A stretch of DNA of 62,847 nt, filler included, from Babesia bigemina (GCF_000981445.1; 4 parts of 4 records of this genome joined end to end with filler, not necessarily neighbours in it); one strand, 5' to 3'; positions 30,289 through 43,480 are shown, counted from the first letter of the whole stretch. Numbers and translations: made by a program. The notes: a model not told the origin generated them from the sequence alone.

Positions 30289-33200
30289 TTGTCACCCTTC
30301 CCTACCCTTACTTCTTCTTCCGTCGCCTCGTCTGTCGCCTCGGCTCCTTCTGCTGTCCAGTCTACTGTGTCTGCCAAGTTCAAGCTTAGTGATGTTAAGA
30401 CTGAAATTGACCGTGTTAATGATTTTAAAACATCTCTTGAACAGCGTAATAATGCCCAAAATAATCCTCTAACTGAAGAAGATTCCAAGCGTTTATCTCA
30501 CTGTCAGTCCAAGTTGTCTGCTTTGCAGACTGTGAAGAAGCTTGCTGAATTTGCTGAATCACTTACTAAAAAACCTGAAAATAATAATATTTTAACGCAT
30601 TTATGTGACGGCCTCGAAACCTTCCTCGGCTTCAACTCTGCTTCCAAAGGCTACGACGGCACTGGGATTGTGTACTCTGACCTGGATAGGCTGTGTGACG
30701 GGGTGATGGCGTTTTTGTATGGTGTTCTCAATGCAGTGAAAGATGATGATGCAGTTAGAACGTACGATAAAGATATCAGTGGAGATAAAATTGATACAGT
30801 TATTAGCATGTTACAATCTTCAATTGGCTCCGGGCGTAATGGGCTTGTGGATGCTGTCGACGCGGTGAAGGGGTGGTTGGAGGGGTATGAAGGAAAAATT
30901 TTGACTATGACAGGAGCCGTTGGAAGCGCACTGTATGAGTTGACTAACGACATTTCAGGTAAGCATATTAGTGGCATTAATGATTCGCAGGGATTGGAAG
31001 AGCAGCTTAAGGAGTGGAAGACGACCTTGACCAGCATATCACATAACGCTAGAAAAATCGAAACAGATCATGTTAATTTCCTAGATTACACTTTATGTAA
31101 CAAATTAAATAGTGAGATTAAGGTAGTCAAGGAAGCCGTTAAAATGTTAGAAGAATCGGCAAATGATGAGGTATTAGCGGAGAAGGTGAAGGAAGTAGAT
31201 GATGAACTAGCGCATCAGAAAATAAAGGTTGAGAAAGAAATTCATACGATATGTGAAAACGTGAAAGATACATTACATAAGGAATTCTATGACATGCGTG
31301 AAACTGTGAAGTCGCTAGAAAAAATAAGGGGCGATGAGTTTGAAAAAATGAGTGGACACTTGAACGATGTTAAGGCATTCTTCTTGATGTTAAACGATAA
31401 TTATAAGACAGATATTAACACGCGATTTGAAGAGATTAAAGCTTTACTAGACGATGTTAATAAGGATAAAAATAGGGGTAGAGGTGAGTCCGTATTGCTT
31501 GAGCGTACAGACGACGTCAAAGTTAAGGTGGAAAAAATAGGACATTTGTTAAAAACCTACGTAATGTCCTTAGACACGTGGATGAAAACCGCGAACAACG
31601 ACATATATGAGTCACAAAAGGAAGCTTTCCAACTGAGAAATAATGAGGTAGGAAGCGATCATAGAGCTGCTCTCACTTCGATGGCCGAGGGTCTGGTAGG
31701 ATGGAAAAGTACCTTAGAACAATATATCGATGAGGATGTGCGGAAAACACTCACGCAGTTGGTAGAGCAGGCTCAAGAGCAATTGAGGCTCTTAGATGTC
31801 CGGCTTAGGAATGCGTTGTATCAAGCAAAAACAAAAATAAAGGGGGCGTTTGCACATTATAAGTCGGGGCTGAATGGTATCGCAACTTTGGACGGAAATG
31901 TGAAAGATGGATTGAGTAATGTGAGAACGCAGATACTTAGTAATTTAAATTCTTATGTCACGAGTGAGTTAGGGAACAGAATTAGCAAGAAGCTTGAGGA
32001 GGAAAGCAACAAGATCGCTCACAAGTCAGATTCCGCTCTTCATCCCGGTAAACTGGACGAGATTATTAACGAAGTAAAAAAATATGTGAAAGACGTTGGA
32101 GATAATATAGGCAAAACGGATGGTACTGGGATGGTAGGTGAATGGATTAATAAGTTATTTAAGGAGGAAGGGGAGTTGGTAACTGGCCAAATTAACACAT
32201 ATTTTAGCAGAAATAGGCATTTTTTCAACAGTGGCAGTGGGTATAACAGCGCTCATACATTGCATGAGCCAATTAAGACTGCGATTCTGACAAATCTTCA
32301 CTCGGATATATATGTTGCAACGAAGATGCAACTCTCGGGAACACATGATGACTTCTCGGCAGATACAAATAAAATCAAGTCATTCTTTGTTTCATATGCA
32401 GACGGAATTGATGCACAACTTCAACCATCCATGAATGATTCCTTTACATCTAAAATAGTTAAGCAAATTGAAGCGGGTCTGGCATTAACGGATAGAACGA
32501 CCTCCGGTCATAATCGAACTCCACTTTATCAATTTCAAACGCCACTCAAAAACGCTGTAAAATCAATCTTACAACATATATCCCAAGTTGTCAGGCAATT
32601 CGCCTTAGAATTAGACGCATTCACTTCAAAGTATAAGATGAACAGTAACATCATGGATGCTATTCGCCTTGTTAGAGCGCTTGGAAGCACCGTGGCAGAG
32701 AAATGTAAAAATGTTTCTGCTGGAGATGGTCTGGGAATAACAATACAAGGCGATCTTGAAGAACAAGTTAATAAGCATATTCATAACGTGAAAGAGAGCA
32801 TAAACATTGCGAATATTATGACACAATTCCACTCCGCACATACATTGCTGAAATCCAACCTCAGTAAAGCGGACTTTGATGAAATAGTCAATGCACAGTT
32901 GCCCGATGGTGCTGGTAAAGGTCCAGGGGTAAACATTGACGGCATTGGAAATTATAAAGATTCTAAATCTGCCCTGACACAAACCTTATCATCACTTGCT
33001 ACAAAATCTGCAGATCTCGATGTCAATGCTACAAAACTAGCCCTCGACGAATTTTCCTCGGATATGAAACTTCATCTCACAAAGCTGAGTGAAGCGATTA
33101 CCGAAGCAGGTGGCGTGATCAATGGTCAGTTGCACAAGCTGCGAACGGATAATATAGAAAAAAAACTCAGAGCAATCCGGATTCATATCGAGAATGTACA

Positions 33201-36200
33201 GGCAGACAACGTCGAAGGTGTTAGCAACGCAATATACACTGTTCTTGAAAAAATAAGAACGTTAGAGAATGTGCCCAGTGACGTGGAGACACGTCGTGTC
33301 GAAGTAGAAAAAATTTTTAAGCAGATAGAGACAGAAGTTAATAACAGATTTGTATTTCTTAATGAAATGGCGAAGAAATCTAGCGATGCTGTGGCGGATG
33401 CGATAAGCGCTGTGCAGGATATGTTAAGAAAGAGTAGAGAAACGTTACTGACAGGCTTACAAAATTTAAAGAAAAACATTCTAACTGTAGTTATAAAATC
33501 CTTCGACGACATTACAGATGAAGTCAGAAAATTATTTTCTCGGCGAAAGAGAGCGGACTTATTAGGCCTCAAATCCTTAGTTGACCGACAGCTTGACACA
33601 GTAAAAGGAATCATCGGAGAAAACATCAACACCGGCGTGAAAGGCTTCCTACAAAAATTGCACGAACAGTTTGTCACTAAAGTTTATACAATCAATGACG
33701 TTAACCCCTCGAAGTTCACCCCTAAATCGCCACTCAGCAGCGGTGCCGGTATACTAAGCACCGCCTTCACCGCATTCTTCGCCACGTTGCGCAAGCAACA
33801 GGACTTCACCTTCGACTTCGACAAAATCTCCTCCACCAACGATGCTCTTTCCCAACTGCTCAAGGACCTCGCCACTTCACAACACTTCGACCACGGATTC
33901 ACGAAAAACCTGCAAAGACTTCAGAACCGACTTCGCCAATTCACTCCGGAGAAATTCGGCGATGGTGAGAGTCCGTCAGTTTTGGAAGCGTTGAGAAGGG
34001 GGTACCCGGCGCTGGTGGGTGAGTTGGAAAAGGCGTACGTGAGGGTGTATGATGGAGGTCAAAAGATCCAGTGGGATGACAGAACGGAACAGCAATATGG
34101 CGCAAAAATCTTTTGTACAATTTCTCCGATGTTGCTCGATACCCTTAGTGAGCTTAGGAGGAGGTGTAAGACAGGGGGGCAGTGGAGGGATCATCCTATA
34201 AATTTACATGAAGTAGATAGACCAAATTCGCAAACATATAAAATTACAAATCCACTTGGCGCGTTTTTAGCGGATTGTGGTTACGTCGTTTCCACGGATA
34301 AGCAAGATGGACAGTTAAGGCATAACGATGGTTGCAAAGGTAACAACATTTACGAATTTCTCACCAATGGCACACATTATCTGGTTAAAGAGCACGACGA
34401 GATTGATGACGAAGCCAGCAGGAAAATTCACGGTGTTGTTCGAACCATCTGCAATTATCTCAAACTGTACTACGAAGCGTGCCACCTACCGACTTCCACC
34501 AAACATCCATCGTCTGCCTACCAAATGCTGTACTGGCTGACTGGGCTCCCGCATAGTCCAGTGTACAACGCGCTGTCACATGAAGGCTTCAGTGGTCTCT
34601 TCGAGAAAAAGGACGAAGAAGAGACGGCCACTGGAGATGGAAGCATCGTTCTCAAATTCGAAGACGATGACAAGTTGCCGGCGTATCCGAATGACATCAC
34701 TGCGAACAATATGAGAGGCGTACTCACAGAAGTCTGCCACTACGCTGAACAGACGCTCATCTCTATTCTGGGCCACGGACACTCGGGTGGGATTTACGCC
34801 TGCGAATTTAATACGAATTCCATCAAGTTAACGTACCCCAGTGATCCTAGTAAATGTGTTGACTTACTCATAGAAATATCGAACAGGCTTTATCATCAAC
34901 TATGCTTCTTACATAATCAGTGTACGTACGAAAGCGACCTCAGTGGCTGGGCAGACTGCTGGTATGGAAGAGACATCGGAGGCTCAGAGTGGAGGTGCAA
35001 TAGCCTTCAATGTCCAAAGCAAACTGCTGACCAAAAGCACAACCAAACATGTGACCAAAAGTGCAACCAAAGTGCTGGGTGCGGTTTGAAATCGCCGTTA
35101 CAATCATTCTTGGAAGACGGCCTCCCTGGCTTTTTGCCTCATCCATATAACAAGGCTGACTGCAAAATGGGTTGCTCACTCTCAAACCACAGCGGAATAC
35201 CGTGCAAAACTCCGATGGGTTTCGGGGACATTTCCACAATGGCGTCGCACACCCAGAGAGGCGCACGTATCTACAGCGTACTTGATGATTTCTGTGGCAG
35301 TGACGATTCGCCACTAACCATGCTGTGCGCTTACTTTGCGTGCTTATTGGCCACCCCGCCTAAGACGCTTGGTGACATGTTCGCATTTTATTACAACTTC
35401 TTGAATGATTGGTCTGGCACGAATCCTGAACGCACAAGGCTTCGGGAATTGCCGTATGCCGACGCTGTAAAAAATGCTAATTTCAAAAATGACGACAACA
35501 GATTGGACATTACGTCAATGTTCAAGAGCGCTTCCCATGAATATGTCCCTGCCTCTACCCATATGAAGGGTGACCTTTTCACTCTTGTTGGTTGCAACCC
35601 GAAACATGTTCCAACATTACCTTGTGGACCTTACTTGCAGCCGTTGTCATTATCTATCCCCTCCATGTTCTCTGAGACGAACGCCGATAAATATTTGTCC
35701 TGGATCGTTTATTTGACCGAAACGTTCTATGACTTGCTGTCTAAGTTACTGGCTGATTGTAAGAGCAAATGCGGTTTGCCGCAATCCAGATGCAACCAGT
35801 ATAGATGCATTAAGAATTGTCCTGCCGCAACGTCATCTACAAAGACGCCATCCCCGACTCACAGTGCAGGATGTAAATCAATTGTACAGTGTAAGTCGGC
35901 CCTTCCTAATTTGTACAAATACGGGTTTCATTTCGGCAGTGCAACGGTCCTGAACGGTACGTATAAAGATGAAGAAAAAAGGACGTGCAATGATTTTTGC
36001 CAAACATTAGAAAGAATTCTCAACAATAAAAAAACAGACGGGCATGCCCTAGCCGATTTGGTATTCGACAAAATACCAGAATTCCTATGGAAAGTCCGCC
36101 AGAGATTCTTCTGGACCACCGTCGCCCTCTGGCTCCTCTCTTTCCTCTACCTCCTCCACATCATGGTCATCCGCCTCGACCTCCTCCACATCAAATCGCA

Positions 36201-36297
36201 TCTGCACTCACCCTCATCACATCGTATCGCTGCTCAATCACTACTTGCTGCTGGACGTGTTGGCAAGCTTAACAGAGTGTTTTATCTGCAACCATAA
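30289..36297 (+). CDS. ves1: VESA1-like antigen, copy 5 (tail type B)
   Basis: 2002-aa ORF with all family motifs, TM and tail; listed start is TTG inside the junction element. Confidence 0.85.
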   Translation: MSPFPTLTSSSVASSVASAPSAVQSTVSAKFKLSDVKTEIDRVNDFKTSLEQRNNAQNNPLTEEDSKRLSHCQSKLSALQTVKKLAEFAESLTKKPENNNILTHLCDGLETFLGFNSASKGYDGTGIVYSDLDRLCDGVMAFLYGVLNAVKDDDAVRTYDKDISGDKIDTVISMLQSSIGSGRNGLVDAVDAVKGWLEGYEGKILTMTGAVGSALYELTNDISGKHISGINDSQGLEEQLKEWKTTLTSISHNARKIETDHVNFLDYTLCNKLNSEIKVVKEAVKMLEESANDEVLAEKVKEVDDELAHQKIKVEKEIHTICENVKDTLHKEFYDMRETVKSLEKIRGDEFEKMSGHLNDVKAFFLMLNDNYKTDINTRFEEIKALLDDVNKDKNRGRGESVLLERTDDVKVKVEKIGHLLKTYVMSLDTWMKTANNDIYESQKEAFQLRNNEVGSDHRAALTSMAEGLVGWKSTLEQYIDEDVRKTLTQLVEQAQEQLRLLDVRLRNALYQAKTKIKGAFAHYKSGLNGIATLDGNVKDGLSNVRTQILSNLNSYVTSELGNRISKKLEEESNKIAHKSDSALHPGKLDEIINEVKKYVKDVGDNIGKTDGTGMVGEWINKLFKEEGELVTGQINTYFSRNRHFFNSGSGYNSAHTLHEPIKTAILTNLHSDIYVATKMQLSGTHDDFSADTNKIKSFFVSYADGIDAQLQPSMNDSFTSKIVKQIEAGLALTDRTTSGHNRTPLYQFQTPLKNAVKSILQHISQVVRQFALELDAFTSKYKMNSNIMDAIRLVRALGSTVAEKCKNVSAGDGLGITIQGDLEEQVNKHIHNVKESINIANIMTQFHSAHTLLKSNLSKADFDEIVNAQLPDGAGKGPGVNIDGIGNYKDSKSALTQTLSSLATKSADLDVNATKLALDEFSSDMKLHLTKLSEAITEAGGVINGQLHKLRTDNIEKKLRAIRIHIENVQADNVEGVSNAIYTVLEKIRTLENVPSDVETRRVEVEKIFKQIETEVNNRFVFLNEMAKKSSDAVADAISAVQDMLRKSRETLLTGLQNLKKNILTVVIKSFDDITDEVRKLFSRRKRADLLGLKSLVDRQLDTVKGIIGENINTGVKGFLQKLHEQFVTKVYTINDVNPSKFTPKSPLSSGAGILSTAFTAFFATLRKQQDFTFDFDKISSTNDALSQLLKDLATSQHFDHGFTKNLQRLQNRLRQFTPEKFGDGESPSVLEALRRGYPALVGELEKAYVRVYDGGQKIQWDDRTEQQYGAKIFCTISPMLLDTLSELRRRCKTGGQWRDHPINLHEVDRPNSQTYKITNPLGAFLADCGYVVSTDKQDGQLRHNDGCKGNNIYEFLTNGTHYLVKEHDEIDDEASRKIHGVVRTICNYLKLYYEACHLPTSTKHPSSAYQMLYWLTGLPHSPVYNALSHEGFSGLFEKKDEEETATGDGSIVLKFEDDDKLPAYPNDITANNMRGVLTEVCHYAEQTLISILGHGHSGGIYACEFNTNSIKLTYPSDPSKCVDLLIEISNRLYHQLCFLHNQCTYESDLSGWADCWYGRDIGGSEWRCNSLQCPKQTADQKHNQTCDQKCNQSAGCGLKSPLQSFLEDGLPGFLPHPYNKADCKMGCSLSNHSGIPCKTPMGFGDISTMASHTQRGARIYSVLDDFCGSDDSPLTMLCAYFACLLATPPKTLGDMFAFYYNFLNDWSGTNPERTRLRELPYADAVKNANFKNDDNRLDITSMFKSASHEYVPASTHMKGDLFTLVGCNPKHVPTLPCGPYLQPLSLSIPSMFSETNADKYLSWIVYLTETFYDLLSKLLADCKSKCGLPQSRCNQYRCIKNCPAATSSTKTPSPTHSAGCKSIVQCKSALPNLYKYGFHFGSATVLNGTYKDEEKRTCNDFCQTLERILNNKKTDGHALADLVFDKIPEFLWKVRQRFFWTTVALWLLSFLYLLHIMVIRLDLLHIKSHLHSPSSHRIAAQSLLAAGRVGKLNRVFYLQP

Positions 36298-36422
36298 TCG
36301 TACTCACGTGTTCACTATCTACACTCACTTAGCATCACCTACTCACCTAACTTATGAATTGTGCTTTAATCTGTTGCATCACTCATTAATCGTTGTATGT
36401 GATTGTGTAATAGTTAACTAAC

Positions 36423-36625
36423 GTGCTGATCAAGATGCTTCCCAAAGTGGTGACCAAAGTGGTGACCAATGCAATGACCAAAGTGCTGACCAATGTGCTG
36501 ACCAAGGTGCTGACCAATGTGTTGACCAAGGTGCTGACCAATGCCATGACCAGAGTGGTGACCAACGCCATGAACAACGTGGTGACCAAAGTGGTGACCA
36601 ATGTGTTGACCAAGCACCTGATCAA
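36423..36625 (+). repeat. 12-bp array
   Basis: TGACCAA periodicity. Confidence 0.92.
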
Positions 36626-36632
36626 ATTAGTG

Positions 36633-37020
36633 GTCACGGCAGCGATGACATGGTCACGGCAGCGATGACATGGTAACGGCAGCGATGACAGTTGATGGTC
36701 ACGGCAGCGATGACATGGTTACTGCAGCGATGACATGGTCACGGCAGCGATGACATGGTCACGGCAGCGATGAGATGGTCACGGCAGCGATGACATGGTC
36801 ACGGCAGCGATGACATGGTCACGGCAGCGATGACATGGTAACGGCAGCGATGACATGGTAACGGCAGCGATGACAGTTGATGGTCACGGCAGCGATGAGA
36901 TGGCCACGGCAGCGATGACATGGTCACGGCAGCGATGACATGGTAACGGCAGCGATGACATGGACACGGCAGCGATGACATGGCTACGGCAGCGATGACA
37001 TGGTTACGGCAGCGATGACA
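36633..37020 (+). repeat. 20-bp array
   Basis: Tandem units. Confidence 0.95.
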
Positions 37021-37045
37021 GTGGTGACCTAAGTGGTGATTATCA

Positions 37046-38311
37046 TCCACTCTACATCGCCCCTTTATCCACTCCACATCGCTCCTTTATCCACTCTACA
37101 TCGCTCCTTTACCCACTCTACATCGCTCCCTAACCCACTCTACATCGCTCCTCTATCCACTCTACATCGCTCCCTAACCCACTCTGCATCGCTCCTTTAC
37201 CCACTCTACATCGCTCCCTAACCCACTCTACATCGCCCCTTATCCACTCTACATCGCCCCTTTATCCACTCCACATCGCTCCTTTACCCAATCCACATCG
37301 CCCCTTTACCCAATCCACATCGCCCCTTTACCCACTCTACATCGCCCCTTTACCCACTCTACATCGCCCCTTTGTCCACTCCACATCGCTCCCTAACCCA
37401 CTCTACATCGCCCCTTTATCCACTCTACATCGCCCCTTAACCCACTCCACATCGCTCCCTAACCCACTCTACATCGCCCCTTTATCCACTCTACATCGCC
37501 CCTTGACCGACTCTACATCGCTCCCTTATCCACTCTACATCGCTCCCTTAACCACTCTACATCGCCCCTTAACCCACTCTACATCGCCCCTTTACCCACT
37601 CTACATCGCCCCTTTACCCACTCTACATCGCTCCCTAACCCACTCTACATCGCTCCTTATCCACTCTACATCGCCCCTTTATCCACTCCACATCGCCCCT
37701 TAATCCACTCTACATCGCCCCTTTATCCACTCTACATCGCTCCTAACCCACTCCACATCGCTCCTTTACCCACTCTACATCGCCCCTTAACCTCCTTACA
37801 TCGCCCCTTAAACCACTTTACATCGCTCCTTTATCCACTCTACATCGTCCCTTTGTCCACTCCACATCGCCCCTTTATCCACTCTACATCGCCCCTTTAA
37901 CCACTCTACATCGCTCCTTAACCCACTCTACATCGCCCCTTTACCCACTCTACATCGCCCCTTTATCCACTCTACATCGCCCCTTAACCCACTCCACATC
38001 GCTCCTTAACCCACTCTACATCGCCCCTTTATCCACCTTACATCGCTCCCTAACCCACTCTACATCGCCCCTTAACCCACTCTACATCGCCCTTTTATCC
38101 ACTCTACATCGCCCTTTTATCCACTCTACATCGCTCCCTAACCCACTCTACATCGCTCCCTAACCCACTCCTCATCGCTCCTTTATCCACTTTACATCGC
38201 TCCCTAACCCACTCTACATCGCTCCTTTATCCACTCCACATCGCCCCTTTATCCACTCTACATCGCCCCTTTACCCACTCCACATCGCCCCTTTACCCAC
38301 TCTACATCGCT
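37046..38311 (+). repeat. 22-23-bp satellite
   Basis: Same unit. Confidence 0.97.
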
Positions 38312-38410
38312 CGAATTAACTCGCCTTAGTACCGCTATGACCTCTTAAGACCACAATAATAACTTGCTGATACTGACCATTCTCTCAGTGACGATGCTAC
38401 TAGAAGAGCC

Positions 38411-39694
38411 TTGAATGACATTGACTCCCAGCTCATTAGCCTTGGTCACCTTGCTGGACAGCTTGGGGGATTTGTTGGTCAAAGTGAGAGTGTTAAGAAA
38501 GCCGTTGTGAAGGCTATTAAAGCTGTTTTCGACACTAATCCAGACCTTAAAAATGACCTAAAACATCTTTACTCTTCTCATGTTACTACCCTTTCTGAGT
38601 CAGTCATCTCTGCTGGCAAGGCTGATGGCACCGGTGAAATTGGTCAACTAAAGCAGAAAGTTGAAAATGAAATTAAGAATTTTACAGATCAATATAATAG
38701 CCTTAATGAACCTAATAACCTTCCTAATAACTCTCCTCCTTCCCCCTCGCCCTCTGCTGAGTCAGACAAATTGCAGTCCAAGTTGGAGGCTTTGAAGAAA
38801 GTGAAGGAGCTTTGTGGATTTTTGACTAATTCTAAAAATGCGTCAAATGACCCTAAAAACCTCTTAGATAATTTATGTGACGGCCTTCAGACTTTCCTCG
38901 GCTTCAACTCTGCTACGAAAGGCTACACTGGCGAGGGGATTGTGTACTCTGACTTGGACAGGCTGTGTGACGGGGTGATGGGATTTTTGAGTGGTGTTCT
39001 TGAGGCGGTGAAAGATGAAAATGAAGTGACAACTTATGATAAATACATACAGCCAGAGAGTAAAAGGCTTCAAAATGTACTAGACACCTTAAATAAAAAT
39101 ATTGGCTCCGGGCGTACTGGGCTTGTGGATTCTGTCGGCGCGGTGAAGAGGTGGCTGGAGGGGTATGAGAGTAAATTAGGTGAGAAAACAGAAAATATCA
39201 AAAATGAATTAACAACCTTAATTAATGACCTAGAAAGAAAGCATAAAATGTCAATTAATCCTAACGATAAACTTGAAATTCAGTTGCATACATGGAAAAC
39301 TGTTCTTCACAAAATTGATGAACATGTTACAAACGCAGAAACCACGCATATCAGCTGGTTAGATAGAAACTTAGAAAACGAAATGATGAGTGAGATCAAG
39401 CCAATCAAAATGGCTGTAAGAATGTTGCATGAATCATCTACAAATGAGATGCTGACGAGGCAGGTGAAAAATGTGGACAAGGCGTTGGAGGAGGAGGAAA
39501 AAACGATAACGCAGCTGATTAATATTGAAACTGGAAAAGTGAGGGACGAATTACAAACGCAATTCGAAAACATTCGTGGGAGTGTTGCGTCCTTGGAAAA
39601 TAGAAAAATGGTGCACTTCGAATTTGTAAAAAGTCGTACATTAAAGCGATGGAAGAAGTGGAGGCGTTAGCGAAGCGGGTGGATGACTATTACA
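38411..39694 (+). CDS. ves1: VESA1-like antigen, copy 6, N-terminal part; frameshift near the contig end, then gap
   Basis: Family N-terminal motifs; ORF stops at 39670 but another frame (AMEEVEALAKRVDDY) continues to the gap. Confidence 0.75.
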
Positions 39695-39794
39695 NNNNNN
39701 NNNNNNNNNNNNNNNNNNNNNNNNNNNNNNNNNNNNNNTTAATTAATTAANNNNNNNNNNNNNNNNNNNNNNNNNNNNNNNNNNNNNNNNNNNN
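39695..39794. other. Artificial contig linker
   Basis: Same 100-bp linker. Confidence 0.98.
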
Positions 39795-42700
39795 TTTATA
39801 ATCGCGATCCTCATACTTCTTAGGTTTCGAGAACAACGTTTTAGTGTAATCTTCGACTTTGCTTAGCATCGCGTTGTACCGCAAACCAGCACACCACTTA
39901 AGCATCGCGAAAACTGTTGTAGGAGTTTTCGGTGGCGTAAGCCTGACATGGCAAACGTAGTAATAGCTGCGCAGACAGTCCGTCAGTTTATTGATGGCTG
40001 CTGTATTTAACATTTGCGTCAGGAAACCCTTAATATTTGCGCCTTGGCATTCGGTCTTATTGCGCAAGGTACCGTCATGGCTGTCTCTTTCAGTGGAAAC
40101 ATTATATCCCCGTTGACCAAAGAATTTTCCGATATCGGTATACAAATTAATTTGCTCCGTACTCCACTCCCTTCCATTATTGCATTTCTCGGTAAGCACT
40201 TTAAAGTCATTACTCAGTGTCGCCAGGGAGGTAAGGAACACCTTCGCGCACTTCCTCCCGTACTCGGTTATTTCAGTCTCGTCACCGGCTTTTGCGGGAG
40301 ATTTAACTGTTTTAGTCTCAGATGACCGCTTATCTTTAACCACCTCATCAGTGAACCTCTCCCCCGAGTACCTGCTGACGTACTGCTTCGCGAGCTCCCC
40401 GTGGAACGCCCGGACGCCGGCCTTGACGACGTTGAGCAGCGGGGAGGCCTCGGCGAATTCGGAGGGGGTGAGGCGGTCGAGCTGCGTTTGGAGGTCGGCG
40501 AGCTTGCGGGAGACGTCGGCGTGGAAGTGGCGTTGGTCGTGCATTGTGGACAGGAGGGAGGAGAGGGCGTCGGCGAGGGGGGTGAGACGGTCAGGGGAGA
40601 GGTCGGGTTGGGATTTTAAGTCAACAAAGAATTTAGTAAAAAACTTATCAAATCTGTCGGCCGATATTTTTAAATCGAGATGGGACATATTTTGTAAAGT
40701 CTCTTTTTTAAACGTGTCACTCAGCTTGTTCATCAGTCCCTTGAGGCCGGACGCGGAGTCGGCGGTGATGATGGCTTGGATTTGGGGGATATACGTTGCA
40801 ATGCTGTTTTGTAAAGCCTTTAACTCGGCTTTCTTTTGCGCATTAAACATTATCTGAACATTTTCTTCCAGCAGAGTAAATGAGCGTCGAACCCTCATTT
40901 GCAAATCAATTTTTGCTTCTTGAAGTATCATGTTAGCAGTATCTCTGGCATCTTTCTGAGACTTTTCAAGTTGCGAGATGGCGCTATTGAAGGCCTTATC
41001 GGCAGCTTCCACTTTAGGGAGAATAATGTTAATTTTTTCCGAAATCTCTTGAATCTTGCGTTTTAAAGTATCCATGGTGTGAGATGCACTATCGCCAATT
41101 TGCCTCACTGCGGTTGGCAATAATTTCAGTTTTTTAAGTTCTTCCTGAATCTCATGTACGGCGAATCGCAAAGCCTGTTCGGATGTATGAAACTGCTTCA
41201 ACAAATCTTTCACTATGATGCCATTTCTGCCAAACTTATCAACAGCTGCACCAATGGCTGTTTTGGCGGCTTCCTGAATCTGCAAGGCGGCGCCTCGATG
41301 GAAAGCGTCAACGGCCTCACCCAGTTTATCTTTGACGCTAGATTTGAATGTTTGGTGCAGTTCGTTGACCATGTTACTCACCTTTTCAATCGCTTCGTCG
41401 ACTTTTCCGGCTGCGTTTTTCTGGCCTTGTGCGACATTATCTTTTAGTGCATTCTTAAGTCTTTCATCAAGCGTTTTTGCAATCGCTGACACGCTGGTGT
41501 ATTGACTGATATTCGATGATGTGATCAAATTTCTGATTTCCGTAACTGCGATTCTAGCAGCCGAGTGCACTGCTGTTACAATTGTCTTGACTGCAACTTT
41601 AAGATTTACGTTGTTATAAGGAGAGTTTTTATTGACAATGTTTAGCGCATTATTACCCTCCATATACTCCAGCGCATATTCAACTGTCTTCTCAACACTT
41701 TCGCTAGTCGTGAGATGAGTCTCAACATAGTTACCGAAATTTTCTAACAACACGACGAGGTCACTAAGGCCCTGAGTATATGAAATCGTTAGTGGCTGAG
41801 GTGCACTTTTAAACAGTGTGGTCACATAGTTTCTGAAATAACGGTTAATATGCATTTTAACGTCGAACTGGCGCAGCTTACGTTCTGTTGGATTATTCGC
41901 AACATACTGATCAATGTACCCATTAAGCGCCATGTTCCTGTCCACCATATCTTGTACCATTTGCTGAAGCGCCCCCTCGAATTTGTGATTGAATGTTTGA
42001 GCGTACATCTCGAGTGCCCGAGCGACACGCTGGAGACCATTGTCGCCAACGGTATTATGAATCTGTGTAGCCTTTTCAGATATGTCTTTTAAGATTAGTT
42101 CTATTTTGCTGTTTACTGTTTCTGCTTCATCTACCTCATTTCCTCTTACAATCACATTGTGGAGCCTGCCAATTTCTGCTCCGATGTTTTTCACTAATTC
42201 ACTAAGCTTGTTCTTGATCTCAGTCTCAAACTTTCTCTCTAAATTATCTGTCGAATTGCCGGATTCATTTGTGGGACCAGTAACATTGGTAAGCGAAGTC
42301 AATGCAGTTTCAAGTGCCTGTAACTCACTCCACACTATATTACTATTATTGAGAGCGTCGCTGTTAACTGTTTCTTCAAGATCCTCGATTTGCTTTTTAA
42401 ACTCCACTAACCCGTACTGTAGATCTACTTCCAGCCCGCCAACCTTATCGTCGACTATTCCAAATTGCATCAAAAGCGTAGAGCCTTCGTTAGCGAACGT
42501 ACCAATTTCCCTTTTTATTTTGCCAAACATGCTTATAATATCATTCTTATATTTTTTATTAAAACCATCAGAGGCTTCACCAAGTAAATGCTTTGCGAAT
42601 TGCTGCGCCAGCATTGCAGCACTTCTGATGTACTGCATATGGTTAGACTTCTTTTCTTTTATGCTAGTAATATCATTCTCGATGATTAGAAATTTATCAT

Positions 42701-43480
42701 TTAACGTAACTTGTATTTCCTGTATCTTGGTGTCGATATCCGTATTCAATTGGTCAGGGACCTCCGTAAACTTAGTGCTAAGCTCTTCGACATATTTTAC
42801 GAAAATATCGTTATTCATTGAGGCCCAGAAATTATGCGCAATCTGTTTTACAAACAGTATTTTCGACAACAGTTTATTGCGGAGGATTTCGTCTATCTCA
42901 TCTAACGCATTCTCAGCTTCTGCGGCGTCATGGAGATACAGGGTGGAAAAACCACGCCAATTTTCTAATTGTTGAATGATAACATCATCTTCCATATTAT
43001 TTAGAGCATGATAGTCGATGTACTTTTTCAAACTTTCCAACGGCTCCACCACCTTTCTATGCCTCTCCTCCACCCCCCTCACCCAGGCCTTAATCCCCCG
43101 ACTGACGGCGGCAATACTACTATCAAAATTTTTTCTATTATATAGCGCTTGTTTAATTATTTTCATTATTTTAGGTAATTCAGTATTGTATTTTTCGAGA
43201 TTTGTATCATCTTTCACCGCCTCAAGCACACCACTCAAAAATCCCATCACCCCGTCACACAGCCTGTCCAAGTCGGAGTACACAATGCCCTGACCTGTGT
43301 AGCCTTTGGACTGAGCGTTGAAGCCGAGGAAAGTCTCGAGGCCAGAGCAAAGGTTATTAAGGATGTTAGTAGGGTTGTTATTTGAGGTATTTTTAAGGTT
43401 TTAAATTTTGTCAAATTTCTTGTCAAGCTCCCTAGGCGGCACATGGTCAGGGCAGTGGCAAGAGGTGGAAGAAGGGAGGT
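39795..43480 (-). CDS. ves1: VESA1-like antigen, copy 7; in-frame TAA at 43401-43403 near the 5' end; 3' end lost in gap
   Basis: SCHCPDHVPPRELDKKFDKI*NLKNTSNNNPTNILNNLCSGLETFLGF leads into the 1178-aa ORF; similar to copy 4. Confidence 0.8.

Noticed and set aside
39630..39694. Genuine 419-aa short protein ending at 39670
   Set aside because: Frameshift lies within ~60 bp of a contig end and another frame continues; probably a low-quality base call.
42082..42975. Long antisense ORFs within ves genes
   Set aside because: Shadow frames of the coding strand; not conserved among paralogues.
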